From Azolla caroliniana (taxonomy: Eukaryota; Plantae; Polypodiophyta): a DNA stretch of 64,000 nucleotides. Positions 12,995 through 25,435 of the stretch are shown piece by piece; the first letter of the stretch is position 1, and each line of letters opens with the position of its first letter. Location of the stretch: positions 2,046,001 through 2,110,000 of the forward strand of contig JBHGNT010000013.1 in assembly GCA_043228905.1 (NCBI GenBank), written 5' to 3'. The position numbers and the translations under genes are program-made. The notes below the pieces were generated by a model. That model did no database searches. It was not told the origin of the DNA and saw only the letters and a list, made by a program, of their open reading frames with translations.

Positions 12995-13731
12995 TGTCAG
13001 GAACTACACGCTCCCGTTGAACAACGCTCGGCCACAACCGAGCGTAGAATAAAACACAGAAAACATGGAATGGAAGCACAACACAATAGAGAGAAGAGTA
13101 CACAGGATGTTTACGTGGAAAACCCAAACTAGGGAAAAACCACAGCAGCCCATAGGCTGCAAACTATCACTATGTTACAATGATTACAACAGTGACCTCA
13201 CGGAGGCAACGACCTCGTGCTCACGATCATCGCCACAGGTGGCGGATACAATAGAGGGAACGACCTCTTCCTCTCTCTCTCTCACTGTACACAATTACGC
13301 GCTCTCTCTTCTTGCACCAACAAGAATGACAACAACACCACTCAAAAGTTTGCCCTAAGTCATATTTATACTAATATGACTTTTCGGCTATTTACAAATA
13401 TAGCCACGATGGACTCTCAGAAACATATTTACAAATATTTCTCTTCATCCGGTGAGCACTCCTCACCGGGCTTGCATCATCCGGCGCTTTCCGAGTACTC
13501 GTCATCTGGTTCTCATCGGGTCTTCCGTTTCCGGGTACTCCTCATCCGGCTCTCCGTAGCCGGGTACTCGTAATCTGGTTCTCACCGGGTCTTCCGTAGT
13601 TGGGTATTCTTCATCCGGTTCTCACCGGCTCTTCCGTAGCCAGGTACTCTTCATCCGGTTTCGGCCTCGGCCGAATTTCTCATCAGCAGTGTTCTTCTCA
13701 CTTCCCATCTGGAGGGACTTGTTTCCTAACA
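12995..13731 (-). repeat. 5' LTR of copia element, with CCGG-rich tandem subrepeats in U3 (~13440-13670)
   Basis: TG...CA termini next to the PBS; start nearly identical to 63856-64000. Confidence 0.9.
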
Positions 13732-13736
13732 GATGA

Positions 13737-14078
13737 GAGAGTCTTCACAATCCATGCTCAAACTTTATGCTTTTCCTATCAATAGACTACATGCTTTCTT
13801 TAACATGCTTTTTCTAAAGTGAACATGCTTTTTCTAATTTGTGCGTTTTTTATTGACTATAGTGTTCATGCACGCTACATGTGCATGTGTAGCCTTCTCT
13901 TTTATCATGCGTTTTTCTAAAGTTTATCCTAGTGTGAACTTACGTTTTTATGTGGGACATCTACTTTTTAACACTAATGAAATGCTAGTGAAATAGTAAG
14001 ACATTACATTATTAACATGGAGGTGCAAGGTTCAAATCTTGCCCTATGCATGTAATTCTTATTTTGATATTTTCTTCT
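13737..14078 (-). repeat. Fragment of the gypsy-like LTR into which the copia element inserted
   Basis: Matches ~7826-8120 and ~62467-62790. Confidence 0.75.
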
Positions 14079-14079
14079 C

Positions 14080-16262
14080 CGAATCTTGAACCGAATCAGC
14101 TTCCTCCGATTCATTCCAGGTTTTGTCCGAGTTGGTAGTCTCCAACTCGTCTTCCGTTTTTAGGCCCTTCACCACATCAGATCACGTCTGTGTCTTGGCC
14201 TTCTTCCGGTCGGCTAGACTGTCCTGCTTGACTCTGCCACCGCCACCGCTTGCTCCGACATGTTCGGATGTGGCGGCTCCTTCGGTTAGCTCAGGTTCCT
14301 TTATCTGCTCATCTCCCCCGTTGGTTCTTTCTTCCTCTCTGGCTCCTTATCCGGTGCCATCCATTCCAGTTCCTGCTCTTCCCCTCAAGTGTGGCACATT
14401 GATATGCGGAATGTCGAGCATCTCCGAAAAATGCTGCAACTTGTCTGATCTGAGCGGCTTGGTGAAGATGTCGGCTACGTACTGATCCCTGTGACCATAT
14501 CAAAGTTCAACATCACCGCTCAAAACCCGCTCACGCACAGTGATAGTGCACTTCTATGTGCTTCGTCCGAGCATAGAGTACAGGGTTCTTGGCGAGCTGT
14601 AGGTTGCTTACGTTGTCACCATAAATCAAGATTGGGCTCGACACCTCGATCAGGAGGTCTCACATGAGTCGTCGAAGCCAGATGGCTTCAGAGGTGGCAA
14701 TGGTAGCGCCCGGGTATTCAGGCTCAGTGCTCGACAGAGCCATTGTTGGCTGCTTTTTGCTGCTCCAGGCAACATTTAAGCAAGTGAAAACATGTAACCG
14801 GAGGTGGATTGATGATCCGATGCATCACCAACCCAATCGGCATCGGTATATCCGACTAGCTTCCTAGCTATACCGTGTCGGTATAATAGTCCCCAATCCT
14901 TCGTGCCACTAACATACCGAAGTATCCAGTGTGCGCACTAAAGCTGCTCGACGGTCGGCTTCTGCATGAATTGGCTGATCACTCTGACTGGGTAACTGAT
15001 GTTGGGTGGAGTGATTGTCAAGTATATGAGGCTTCCGACAATTGGTCGGAATTGTTTCTCATCGCAGGCTGGACCGGAGTCGGGACAAAGCTTCAGGTTC
15101 CGGTCTAGGGGTGTCGAGATCGGTCGACATTCCGTTATGCCGAACTTGTACAACATATTCAACACATACTGTCTTTGTGAGAGCAATATGCCATCGAGGG
15201 GTTCCGATCACGTCAATCCAAAGAAAATAATAATGGTCCCCCAGGTCCGATAACTGGGACTTCACTCTACCGATTTCATCCAGTCCGGGTCCGGTGATGA
15301 CTAAATCATCAACATACGGCAGGGTACAGACCGGAACGTTCGGACCTTTCCGGATGAACAATGACGAGTTGGACTTTGAGGCTGCAAACCCCATCTTATG
15401 CAACCAGTGCGTTATCTTTGCATTCCAAGCTCGGTGGGCTTGCTTCAAACCGTAAAACGACTTCTTGAGTCAAAATATTGCCTACTTGTTCATCTCCGAT
15501 TGGAATCCGAGTGGTTGGATCATAGAGACCCGTTCTTCAAGGTCACCTTGAAGAAACACATTCTTCATGTCCATTTGGTGAAGACATCATCCCCTTACCG
15601 CAACAACAGCCAATACCACACAGACCGTCGTCATCTTCGCTACCGGAGCAAAGGTCTCATCGTAGTTGATTCCGTGGGTCTATGCGTATCCCTTTGCCAT
15701 TAACCGGGCCTTGTACCGGTTGACTGAAGCGTTAACATTGTACTTCACCTTATATACCCATTTGCAACTGATCGGTTTACACTATCAAGGAGGGTCAACT
15801 AGGTCCCATGTATCGTTGGCATCAAGTACCTGCATTTCTTCCTTCATTGCATCATGCCAATTTGCGTCTTTTGCTGCTTCTGTGTAGCTCTCCAGCTCAC
15901 GCACTTCCTCCACCTTAGTCATGTACGCATAGTGATGCGCCATGTACTCATTGTACCCATACCTCATGACGGTTTTCTTTTGACGGGTTGACTGACGTAA
16001 CTTCTCGTTACCCGGTTTGAGGCCCTTCTTGGCCGATTCAAACTTCTTTTCTGAAGATCCTCCTTCTTCCTTTCTGGGGTAAGATTTGTTCTCGTCCAAC
16101 CCTTTAGTGCTGGTATCGTATTGCGGCATCTTCTTCTTCCCCTTCTCTTTGCGCGTGAACCGTCTCCTCGGTTCCTTGCGGGGGGAGAGCACGACAGAGT
16201 CTCCACTACTCGCCGGTTCATCATCCAACTGGCCATCCCGACTCAGCCAGTTAGCCAGAATG
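14080..16262 (-). mobile_element. Degenerate copia fragment (IN-RT linker, RT, RNase H); paralog of 58676-60845
   Basis: YGYNEYMAHHYAYMTKV, YVDDLVITG, IVGSLIYLTIT and HIEVHY motifs; related to the copia at 32826-38556. Confidence 0.9.
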
Positions 16263-17598
16263 ACCATCAATGACTACAACGGATGCAGGACAACGGAGGT
16301 CTATCAATAGGATTGTTTGGGATAAAGCAAATTATTTGTCCATAAAACAAGAGTTGGCTCCTGAATCTAAGAGAGCAGATGCAAGAACTCGATGACGCCT
16401 AGAAGTGCTAAGCTCAACTTGTGCTAAAAAAACTCAACTAACATGATTCGATAAAATGGAACCGCAACTTGGGGCTCACGTTACGTATTCTGGTTTGTCT
16501 AACCAAATGGCTCCGATTTTGATTGGTCTTATTCGTTTAATATTTCATCAAGCTGACTCAACACCCCAAAACTATTGGATTGGCCTAGACATGTCGGACT
16601 ACTACGGATAGATAATCTAACTAGGGAATTGGAATTAAGTTTCTCACTAGTACTTACTTGATTTACTTGTCCTTTTGGCCTATGTGGGCAGGTGATTGCT
16701 ATGTGTCTCGGACCACCACAATAGAAACATAGACGGTTTCCTCGGCATCGTTGTTTCTTAGTTTTAGACGAACGCCCTTGACGACGTGTTACATTGATCT
16801 CCATTGGACTTGGACCAGTTGATGGAATCATGTGTGAAGTTTGGGTAGTGCTGATAGGTGTGAGGCTAGTACTGAAGCATTTGTTTGATCCGTTCTTCGT
16901 CGTGACATTAGTTGACGTTCTGAACGTCGCTCGAATAAACGATTGTCACATCGCACCGCACAACTTATTGCTTCTGTAAGAGATTTTGGATCTTCGTAGA
17001 AAGTTAATTACAAATCGTTTACATCATTTCGTAGTCCATGGCAAAACTGATCCATTAATGCTACTTCATCCCATGGAATATCACAAGCTAAGAGGCGGAA
17101 ATCTGCGGCGTATGCGGAGGCCAGACGATCCCCTTGACATAGTCTTCGAATTTTACTGTTCGTTGTTCTGACATTATCAGTGTCTCCAAAGTTTGCTTGA
17201 AATTCTGTAATAAAACCTTCAATGTGTTGAAGGAGAGGATATTTCTTTTCTACCAGTGGTGCAAACCATGCTAATGTTGTTCCTGTTAAGAGGGTTCCTA
17301 CTAGTCCGACTCGAGTTGTATCGGTTGGATATCTATTAGGATGCATGAATTACTAGACGCACCTTATTTATAAATCCTTGAAATTGTGATCGATTACCAT
17401 CGAACCTCCCAAACAAGCAAATCTTTGGTTCTTTGGGAAAGTTTTGTTGCATCAAAGCTTGTTGATGAAGAGACCGCAATGTTGTTTCAAGTTACAATAC
17501 ACGTGTTCAGAACTCGTCATATTGTTGCGCCTTTTCTATACTTGTTGTAAATCTCCAAGAAATCGTTGATTCTCTTGCTCTAGAGCCAAAAACTTCTT
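16263..17598 (-). pseudogene. gag: Duplicated chromovirus gag/protease fragment (paralog of 2097-3440)
   Basis: ORFs 16529-16831 and 17008-17346 are near-identical to 2365-2742 and 2917-3333. Confidence 0.92.
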
Positions 17599-19427
17599 TG
17601 AGCAAATATTCATACCTCATCCTTCTTCTTTATCAAACTTCCAATGATTGATTAAATTATACCAAAATTTCTACCTTGTTGCGAAGACGAGATGATGGTT
17701 GTTCTATTAACTCCAAAATTTGTAGGTTTTCTTCATAATTCAAATGAGGTCGAAGACCTCACTTGTGGGTTGAATTCATCTTTGTAATGTTAATTAACTG
17801 ATTTTAGATTGACTTAATTAGGAGGAAGGTTTTGACATGATTAAAACTTCAAATTCCATCAAAAAACACCAATTTAAGGAAGAAAAAGAAGGAGAAGGAG
17901 AAGGAGAAAGATGGAAAGAGGAAGAAGAAGACAATGGTCACCACCACCACCATAATGGACTGAGGGCATATTGGAAGAGAAGAAGCAAACGAAAGAATGA
18001 AAGAAGAAGAAAGCAGAACCACGAAAACAAAGAGGAGAGAAAGAAGAAGAGCGAAAGGAACAAGAAGCTACAGTGTAATGCGTAAGGTATGTAATGTGTA
18101 ACATGAAATGTTAATGTGTGAGTGTGAGGAAGAGTGTGTACACATGCACATCTGGCTATTTGTGTGCGTGTGTACAAATGTGAGAGACAAGGGTAAGTAG
18201 ATGTAACTACCCCCATTTGGCTTTTTGTACTATATATAAACCCCCACCCATGGGGCATGAAAAGGAGAAATATAGTGAAGTTACCCCTGAACTTGTGCTT
18301 GTCTCGACTTTGCCTCTCATTCTCTATGTGTATCTCTTTCTCTCTCTCTATCCTCTCACATTCGAACCCATCAACAATATTCCTCCTACCATAGCGATAA
18401 AGTTCAGAGTTTGAGGACTCCCGTGGTTTTTCCCTATCCGTGTTTTCCACGTTAAATCTTGGCTCCACCCCCACCCATCAATAATATTCCTCCTATCATA
18501 GTGATCAAGTTCAGAGTTTGTGGACTCCCGTGGTTTTTCCCTTTCAGGTTTGTCTACGTTAAATTTTGTCTCTGGCTCCACCCCCCACCCATCAACAATA
18601 TTCCTCCTACCATAGTGATAAAGTTAGGAGTTTGTGGACTCCTGTGGTTTTTCCCTTTCCGGGTTTTCCACATTAAATCTTGTGTCTCTGTACTTGTGTT
18701 TTCTGCCATTTCAATCTTTGCACATGAAATTGAGGAAAATGATAAGAGGATGGGGTGTTATCAAACAAGTTGTCGTGGCCCATGGTGCTAATTTCATGCT
18801 TGGAAAAAAGGATTGGCCACAAATAAGACTTGCATTTGAGCTTTCCTTGTGTGGAAATATAGTCATAACTATATGCCAATATAAATATAGATGCAAGAAA
18901 TATAAATGGGCTATTATCCTATCATTGAAAAGTCTATTATTGCACCATATAATCCTTGACCAACATATCAAGAAAAACAGACCACACAAACACTCATTGA
19001 TGGTTGGTCACATTCCCTACAAAAAAGATAGCTTTGTGAAGAGGATCTCATTATGTGGAACGATCGATGGCTTATCAACAAAGGATATGGCTTCCATCAC
19101 ACATCTGAGTATACACGGATGGAGATTTAAAACTAATGTGACTCTTTCACCTAAATCTTGTTGGATATCCAATACTCATCGACATGAGATTCTATCATAT
19201 AATGGTCACATTAACGACAAGGCATGAATGTTGTGATGAATAAATTTGGTGGTTATGGATGATGATGCCAACACAATGGTGGTTGACTTTAGTATAGGAA
19301 CATGAAATATTAAAGGTTTTTGCCTTTGTGAAATTTAAAAGCAAGGAAGGACCTACCGTTGTTGATAGTATTAAAAAAACCTTCAAGCATAATGAGGTGT
19401 ATAAACCTCAGCAAAATTGGCCAAACC

Positions 19428-19499
19428 GGGGCGTTGCGAGAATCGAACTCGCGGCCTCTCACACCCAAAGCAAGAATCATAGCACTAGACCAAACGCCC
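19428..19499 (-). tRNA. tRNA-Pro(TGG) copy 2, probable pseudogene
   Basis: GGGCGTTTGGTCTAGTGCTATGATTCTTGCTTTGGGTGTGAGAGGCCGCGAGTTCGATTCTCGCAACGCCCC. The invariant D-loop GG is changed to GC and there are two G-U pairs in the anticodon stem. Confidence 0.85.
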
Positions 19500-19732
19500 A
19501 TTGATGATAATGTGATAATGATTTTATTTAATATTTATGTCTTTATACATCACTTTACTCTAAACTCCTTTCGACGTATTAATTTCAAAAGAGCCCCTTT
19601 TCTACGTTCTACATTTATTGCATATATTGATAGAGATTTATATAAATCCTATTTTACATTACAGCTTGATGAACAACCAATAATACATCTAGGCTATGTA
19701 AGATTTAGTTTTGGTTGACTAAGGACCTTACA

Positions 19733-20162
19733 TGTCATGATATGGCAAGACTCGAAACCATGACCTTATGCTACATGGGTCGAGCTCTTGACCGTCAGAC
19801 TATACATTGTAATATAAAAAATATTATTTTCTTTTATGTTTTATTATAGAAAATTGATGCATACTCCAGATTTCTCTGGAACATTCTAGAAACTTCAGGA
19901 GTATTCCTTAGAACACTATCAAAGGAGGGACAAGGCATTGTTTCGAACCAAATCGGTTCAACGCCAGTCTTAAGCCTCCTAGCTACTGTACATTTTCTTC
20001 ACATAATATATATCTTTTCTTATCATCACTCTCTCTCTCTCTCGATCTCTCTCTCCTTCCCTCTCACTCACTCTTTCCTTCTCTTGAGAGTTCTTCACCT
20101 CTCATAGTACTAATACTTCTTTTAGTATTAATTCCTTCTCTGTCTTAGTACTGTTCCTGACA
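19733..20162 (+). repeat. 5' LTR
   Basis: TGTCA...TGACA; direct repeat of 24966-25435. Confidence 0.97.
19879..19896 (+). promoter_or_regulatory. Heat-shock-element-like motif in LTR U3
   Basis: GAAcaTTCtaGAAacTTC is four alternating nGAAn units, ~20 bp upstream of TATA-like CTATCAAAGG. Confidence 0.6.
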
Positions 20163-20237
20163 GTTTGAACCGATTTCGTTCTACCTTCTGTCTTTCTCAT
20201 TTCCTACTAATCTCTTATTCCTCTTTTCTTTCATCCC

Positions 20238-21389
20238 ATGGCCACTGTTAGCGCTGAAGAATATCAATCTGTTTTCTCTGAATTTCAATGCTTGAAAGAG
20301 AAGTTCCATGCTTTGGAACAAGAAAACCAACGGTTGCTGGGGGATCTTCAACAAATCTCCTAAGAAAAGCAACAAACGCAACAACAACATGGGTAACTTG
20401 CGTTACGCGTGCAACAACTCGAAGCAACCATCGTAGCGATGCAACAACAAGGGCCCGGAACACAAGGGATTCATAAAGAACCCAAGATTGGCCTTCCCAC
20501 GAAGTTCGATGGAACGCGATCGCAATTTAGAGGGTTCCTTAACCAGGTACAATTAGTTATTCAAATGCATCCTTCCCGATATCCCACCGATGCATCACGA
20601 GTGGGTTTAGTAGGCACTTTGTTAAGTGGCTCAGCGTTGGCATGGTTCGCTCCACTATTGGAAAAGGAATCTCTGTTACTCAACAATTTTGAAGAGTTTC
20701 TAGGTGAGTTTAAAGCATGATTCGGAGATACTGACAGCATCAGGACTGCAATCAACAAAATTCAGCGATTACGCCAAGGTGACCGTCCAGCCTCCGCATA
20801 CGCTGCAGAGTTTTGCCTACTCGCTGTTGATATCCCTTGGGATGATCAAGCATTGATGGAGCAATTCCGTTATGGTTTATGCAATGACGTCAAGGATTTA
20901 CTCTTGATCTTCCCCTTAGAGCCAAAGTCCTTAACAGAAGCAATCAGTCGCGCAGTGAGATGTGACAACCGCCTCTTTGAGCGATGTTTGGAACGACAAC
21001 TACAGATGCCGAGGGCAAGATCAGAGCCCACCTACACCTCAGTGGTAGCAAGACCTTTCCCGAGGGAGTCATATAATGCGTCTCCAGCGAATACTCCGAC
21101 TCCGATGGAGATTGACACTACACGTCGTCGAGGGCCATTATCCGAAGAAGAAAAGCAGCGATATCGTACAAATCGACTATGTCTTTACTGCGGTGGACCA
21201 AGACATATTGCAATAAATTGCCCCCATAGGCCAAGAAGACAGGTAAACCAAATAGTCGCTAGTTCTAATTGTACTAAACCTGAGCCTGTTTCAGTAGGGA
21301 TATCTGATAGTCCTAATAGTACTAATAACCCAGATCTAGCGAACAGATTTGATGTCCTTAGTCAGTTAGAAGAAGAGTTAAACGACTAA
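20238..21389 (+). pseudogene. gag: gag, interrupted by a frameshift and stops
   Basis: ORFs 20409-20720 and 20853-21389; PTPMEID motif and CLYCGGPRHIAINC knuckle. Confidence 0.93.
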
Positions 21390-21478
21390 GTCCAGCCAAA
21401 ATAGGAGTCGTTTGGTTGGACAACCCTAGATCTGTGTAGCCCATTAGTGGTTCCATTCCCTCTAAGCAAGTTAGTGAT

Positions 21479-24400
21479 GTGTTCGTAGCCCAAGTAATAG
21501 TTAGTACTAAAAGTACCCCTCCAGTACATGTCCTAGCACTCCTAGATTCCGGAGCTAACTCTTGCTTTATGGATAAGAAATTTGCTCAAGCTCATAAGAT
21601 ATCCCTAAGAAAACTCCAGTGTCCAGCCTCTGTAGTAGACATTGATGGACGTCCCATTGCTTCCGGAAATATCATAGAAGAGTCAGAGCCCATTAATATT
21701 GTCCTTGATAACTTAGCATGTGTAGTATCATTTAATATTATTAGTATCACAGAACATCCCATAGTTTTAGGATTGCCATGGTTCAAGTTACATAACCCAG
21801 ACATAGATTGGAGAACAAGAGAAATACGGTGTCGACAAACCCAAGGGTCAACTCAGAAGACGCCAACCATTTCGCTACATCAATTACGTAAAGAAGGGCT
21901 CAAGGACGAGATGTTCCTTTTTGCAATATCAGTAAACCCCTCCAACACCACTAAAGAAGAATCCACTGTTCAACTTCCCGAGAAGTATCGTCATTACGCC
22001 GATGTGTTCGATAAAGTACAAGCCAACACACTTCCTCATCATCGACCGTACGATTGCCCCATTGATTTACAACCGGGAAAAGAGCCGCCATGGGGACCGA
22101 TCTACAATTTGTCACCAATCGAGCTGGAAGTCCTTCGGGCCTATATAGAGGAGAATTTGGAAAATGGTTTCATTCGGCATTTGAAATCTCCAGCCGGCGC
22201 ACCCATTTTCTTCGTCAAGAAAAAGGATGGATCGCTTCGTCTCGTTGTAGATTACCGTGGCCTGAATAAGGTTACAATCAAGAATAGGTATGCTCTTCCC
22301 CTTATCTCAAGTCTTTTAGAACGGATCAATGGTGCTAGGTTCTTCATGAAGATTGACTTACGGGGAGCATATAACCTCGTACGGATCCGACGAGGAGACG
22401 AATGGAAGACCGCGTTTCGCACTAGATATGGGCACTTCGAGTATACGGTCATGCCGTTCGGCCTCACTAATGCGCCGACAGTCTTCCAGCACATGGCTAA
22501 TGATATATTCCGAGATCTATTGGATGATTGTTTGATCATCTATTTGGATGATCTACTGGTTTATTCAAAGACCCAAGAAGAACATGATTCTCATGTACTA
22601 TTAGTACTAAAACGACTTCGAGAACATGGTCTGTATGCAAAGTTGGAAAAATGTAGTTTCAGGTGCAACCAAGTGAAATTTCTCGGCTACATGATTTCGT
22701 CAGAAGGCATCTCCATGGACCCAGCTAAGGTCAAAACAGTGGTAGAATGGCAGACTCCGCGTTTGGTGCGGGATGTGCAATGCTTCCTAGGCTTTGCCAA
22801 TTTTTACCAGAAATTCATACAAGATTACTCAAAGATCATTCTACCTCTCACACAACTTACCAGGAAGGGACAACCGTTCATCTGGTCTGAAGAATTGGAC
22901 ATGGCTTTCGAGAGTCTTAAAAAGGCATTTACATCGGCTCCAATTCTAGCTCATGTCGATCCAGAAAAACCATTCATTATCGAAGCTGACGCATCGGATT
23001 TTGCATTGGGGAGCATTCTGTCACAACAGGGGAATGATGAGAAGCTACATCCTGTGGCTTTTCACTCACGTAAGTTTGACGCCGCCGAAATCAACTACGA
23101 AATTCATGATAAGGAGCTATTGGCAATAGTGGATTCTTTTATGCAATGGAGGCATTTTCTGGAGGGATCCTCTCATCCGGTCACCGTATTTAGTGACCAC
23201 AAGAACCTTGCCTACTTTCAGGATGCTCGTGTGTTGAATCGACGTCAAGCACGGTGGGCCCACTTCCTCACGCGTTTCAACTTCAAAATTACATATCGTC
23301 CGGGGAAGCACCAAGGGAAGGCAGATGCATTATCACGACGTTCGTATCTAGCACCCCGTCCCGGCGAGCCAGCTTTCGATAACCAAAAACAAGTCATCTT
23401 GGGACTGACACGACTACAAGCAACACGGATCTTTGACATGCCCATGGATTCCCGCGTTATCGATACCATACGCGAAGACTTGAAGACAGATGCGTTCGCC
23501 CAAGCTATACTAGCACAAATTGATCCCTCTCGAGCGTCGTGTTCACAGTCGCAACCACCAGGTACGGACTATCATCAATTCAAATACCATGATGGATTAC
23601 TCTTCTTTAAAGAACTTTTGTACATTCCTAATGGTTCTTGCCGCCTTCAAGTAGTACAAAACTGTCATGACACATATACAGTTGGGTATTTTGGTAGTAC
23701 TAAAACGTTACATTTAGTACAACGATCATTCTGGTGGCCCTGTATGCGACAATTTGTCGAGGATTTTGTTCGGACGTGTGATACATGCTGCAGAGCGAAA
23801 ATGCCAAGGCATCATCCATATGGTTTATTACAACCATTACCAATTCCAAGCAAGCCGTGGAAATCCATTGCTCTAGACTTCATCACAGATCTTCTAGTCT
23901 CTAAGGGGTTCAATGCGATTCTAACGGTGGTCGATTGATACACGAAGATGGCTCATTTCTTGCCATGTACCAAGGAGATCTCCAGTGAAGACACTGCCGA
24001 AATTGTCATGCGTGAAGTATGTCGGCATCATGGACTTCCCGATAGTATCATCAGCGACCGTGGACCCCAGTTCGTGTCAAAATTCTGGAAGAACCTTTTT
24101 AACATGCTCAAGGTCACTTGTAACCTCTCCTCCGGCTACCACCCACAAACCGACGGCCAAGCCGAACGAACCAATCAAACACTGGAGCAGTATCTCCGGT
24201 GCTTTCTCAGCTATCATCAGGATGACTGGGCAGATATTCTCCACTTTGCCGAATTTGCCTATAACAACTCTATCCACGCATCCACTAAAGTTACGCCATT
24301 TTATGCTTATACGGGATGTCACCCCCGGTGGTGTGTACTTGAAACCACAGAGGTGTCCACAAATCCTTGTGCAGAGGATCGTTTGGAGAGGTTACGCAAG

Positions 24401-24973
24401 ATACAAACGGATTTATCTACTTTTCTCCAACAAGCTCAAGAAACACACAAGGTTTATGCGGATCGTCATCGACTCCCATCTAGTTTTAACATTGGAGATC
24501 GGGTATGGCTACTTCGACGACACATCAAGACTACTCGCCCATGCAAGAAATTGGATTATCGCCGATTAGGTCCCTTCCGTATTATAGGAAAGATTAATGA
24601 TGTCGCTTTTCGTCTTGATCTACCTCTACAACTTCGCATACATCCGGTGTTTCATAGTTCTCTCCTTGAACCCTATCAAGAGAGCACCATCCCAGGACGT
24701 ATTACACAGCCTCCACCCCCGATCGAGCTTGAAGATGGACCTGAGTACGAGGTTGCCGCCATCCTTGATTCCAAGCTTGTTCGCAACAAGCTTTACTATC
24801 TAGTCGATTGGCTAGGATATAGTCCCAACGAGCGTACTTGGGAACCGATAGAGAATGTCACCAATGCTCGTGCTCTTCTTGAAGACTTCCATCGTCAATA
24901 TCTAGACAAACCAGGTCGTCAATCCAAAATGACTCGTTACACTCGTCGTTTTAAAGGGGGGATAGTGTCATGA
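21479..24973 (+). pseudogene. pol: pol: protease-RT-RNase H-integrase-chromodomain, one in-frame stop at 23936-23938
   Basis: LLDSGA, YLDDLLVYS, EADASDFA, SDRGPQF, HPQTDGQAER, LGPFRI, YEVAAILDSK...YLVDWLGYSPNERTWEP. Confidence 0.96.
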
Positions 24974-25258
24974 TGTGGCAATACTCGAACCCATGACCTT
25001 ACGCTACATGGGTCGAGCTCTTGACCATCAGACTATACATTATAATATGTAAAATATTATTTTCTTTTATATGTTATTATAGAAAATTGATGTATATTCC
25101 AGATTTCTCTGGAACATTCTAGAAACTTTAGGAGTATTCCTTAGAACACTATCAAAGGAGGGACAAGGCATTATTTCGAACCAAATCGGTTCAACGCCAG
25201 TCTTAAGCCTCCTAGCTACTGTACATTTTCTTCACATAATATATATCTTTTCTTATCA

Positions 25259-25328
<70 letters not shown>

Positions 25329-25435
25329 CTTCCCTCTCACTCACTCTTTCCTTCTCTCGAGAGTTCTTCACCTCTCTTAGTACTAATACTTCTTTTAGTA
25401 CTAATTCCTTCTCTGTCTTAGTACTGTTCCTGACA
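24966..25435 (+). repeat. 3' LTR with expanded (CT)n microsatellite (~25262-25325)
   Basis: Direct repeat of the 5' LTR. Confidence 0.97.

Larger units (their letters stand above)
9426..13731 (-). mobile_element. Ty1/copia element (Tnt1/Tto1-like), 3'-truncated
   Basis: 5' LTR 12995-13731, PBS TGGTATCAGAGC (tRNA-iMet) 12980-12991, gag-PR-IN-RT order. Right flank GATGA equals the left flank of the paralogous LTR at 63856. Confidence 0.95.
19733..25435 (+). mobile_element. Full-length Ty3/gypsy chromovirus (Tcn1-like)
   Basis: LTRs 19733-20162 and 24966-25435; TSD TTACA/TTACG with empty site TTACG at 6680-6684; PPT AAAGGGGGGATAG before the 3' LTR; gag, PR, RT (YLDD), RNase H, IN (GPF) and chromodomain; no tRNA PBS. 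Confidence 0.97.

Noticed and set aside
19428-19740. tRNA-targeted integration of the chromovirus (~235 bp upstream of tRNA-Pro)
   Set aside because: Single event in TE-dense DNA; cannot be distinguished from chance without genome-wide insertion data.
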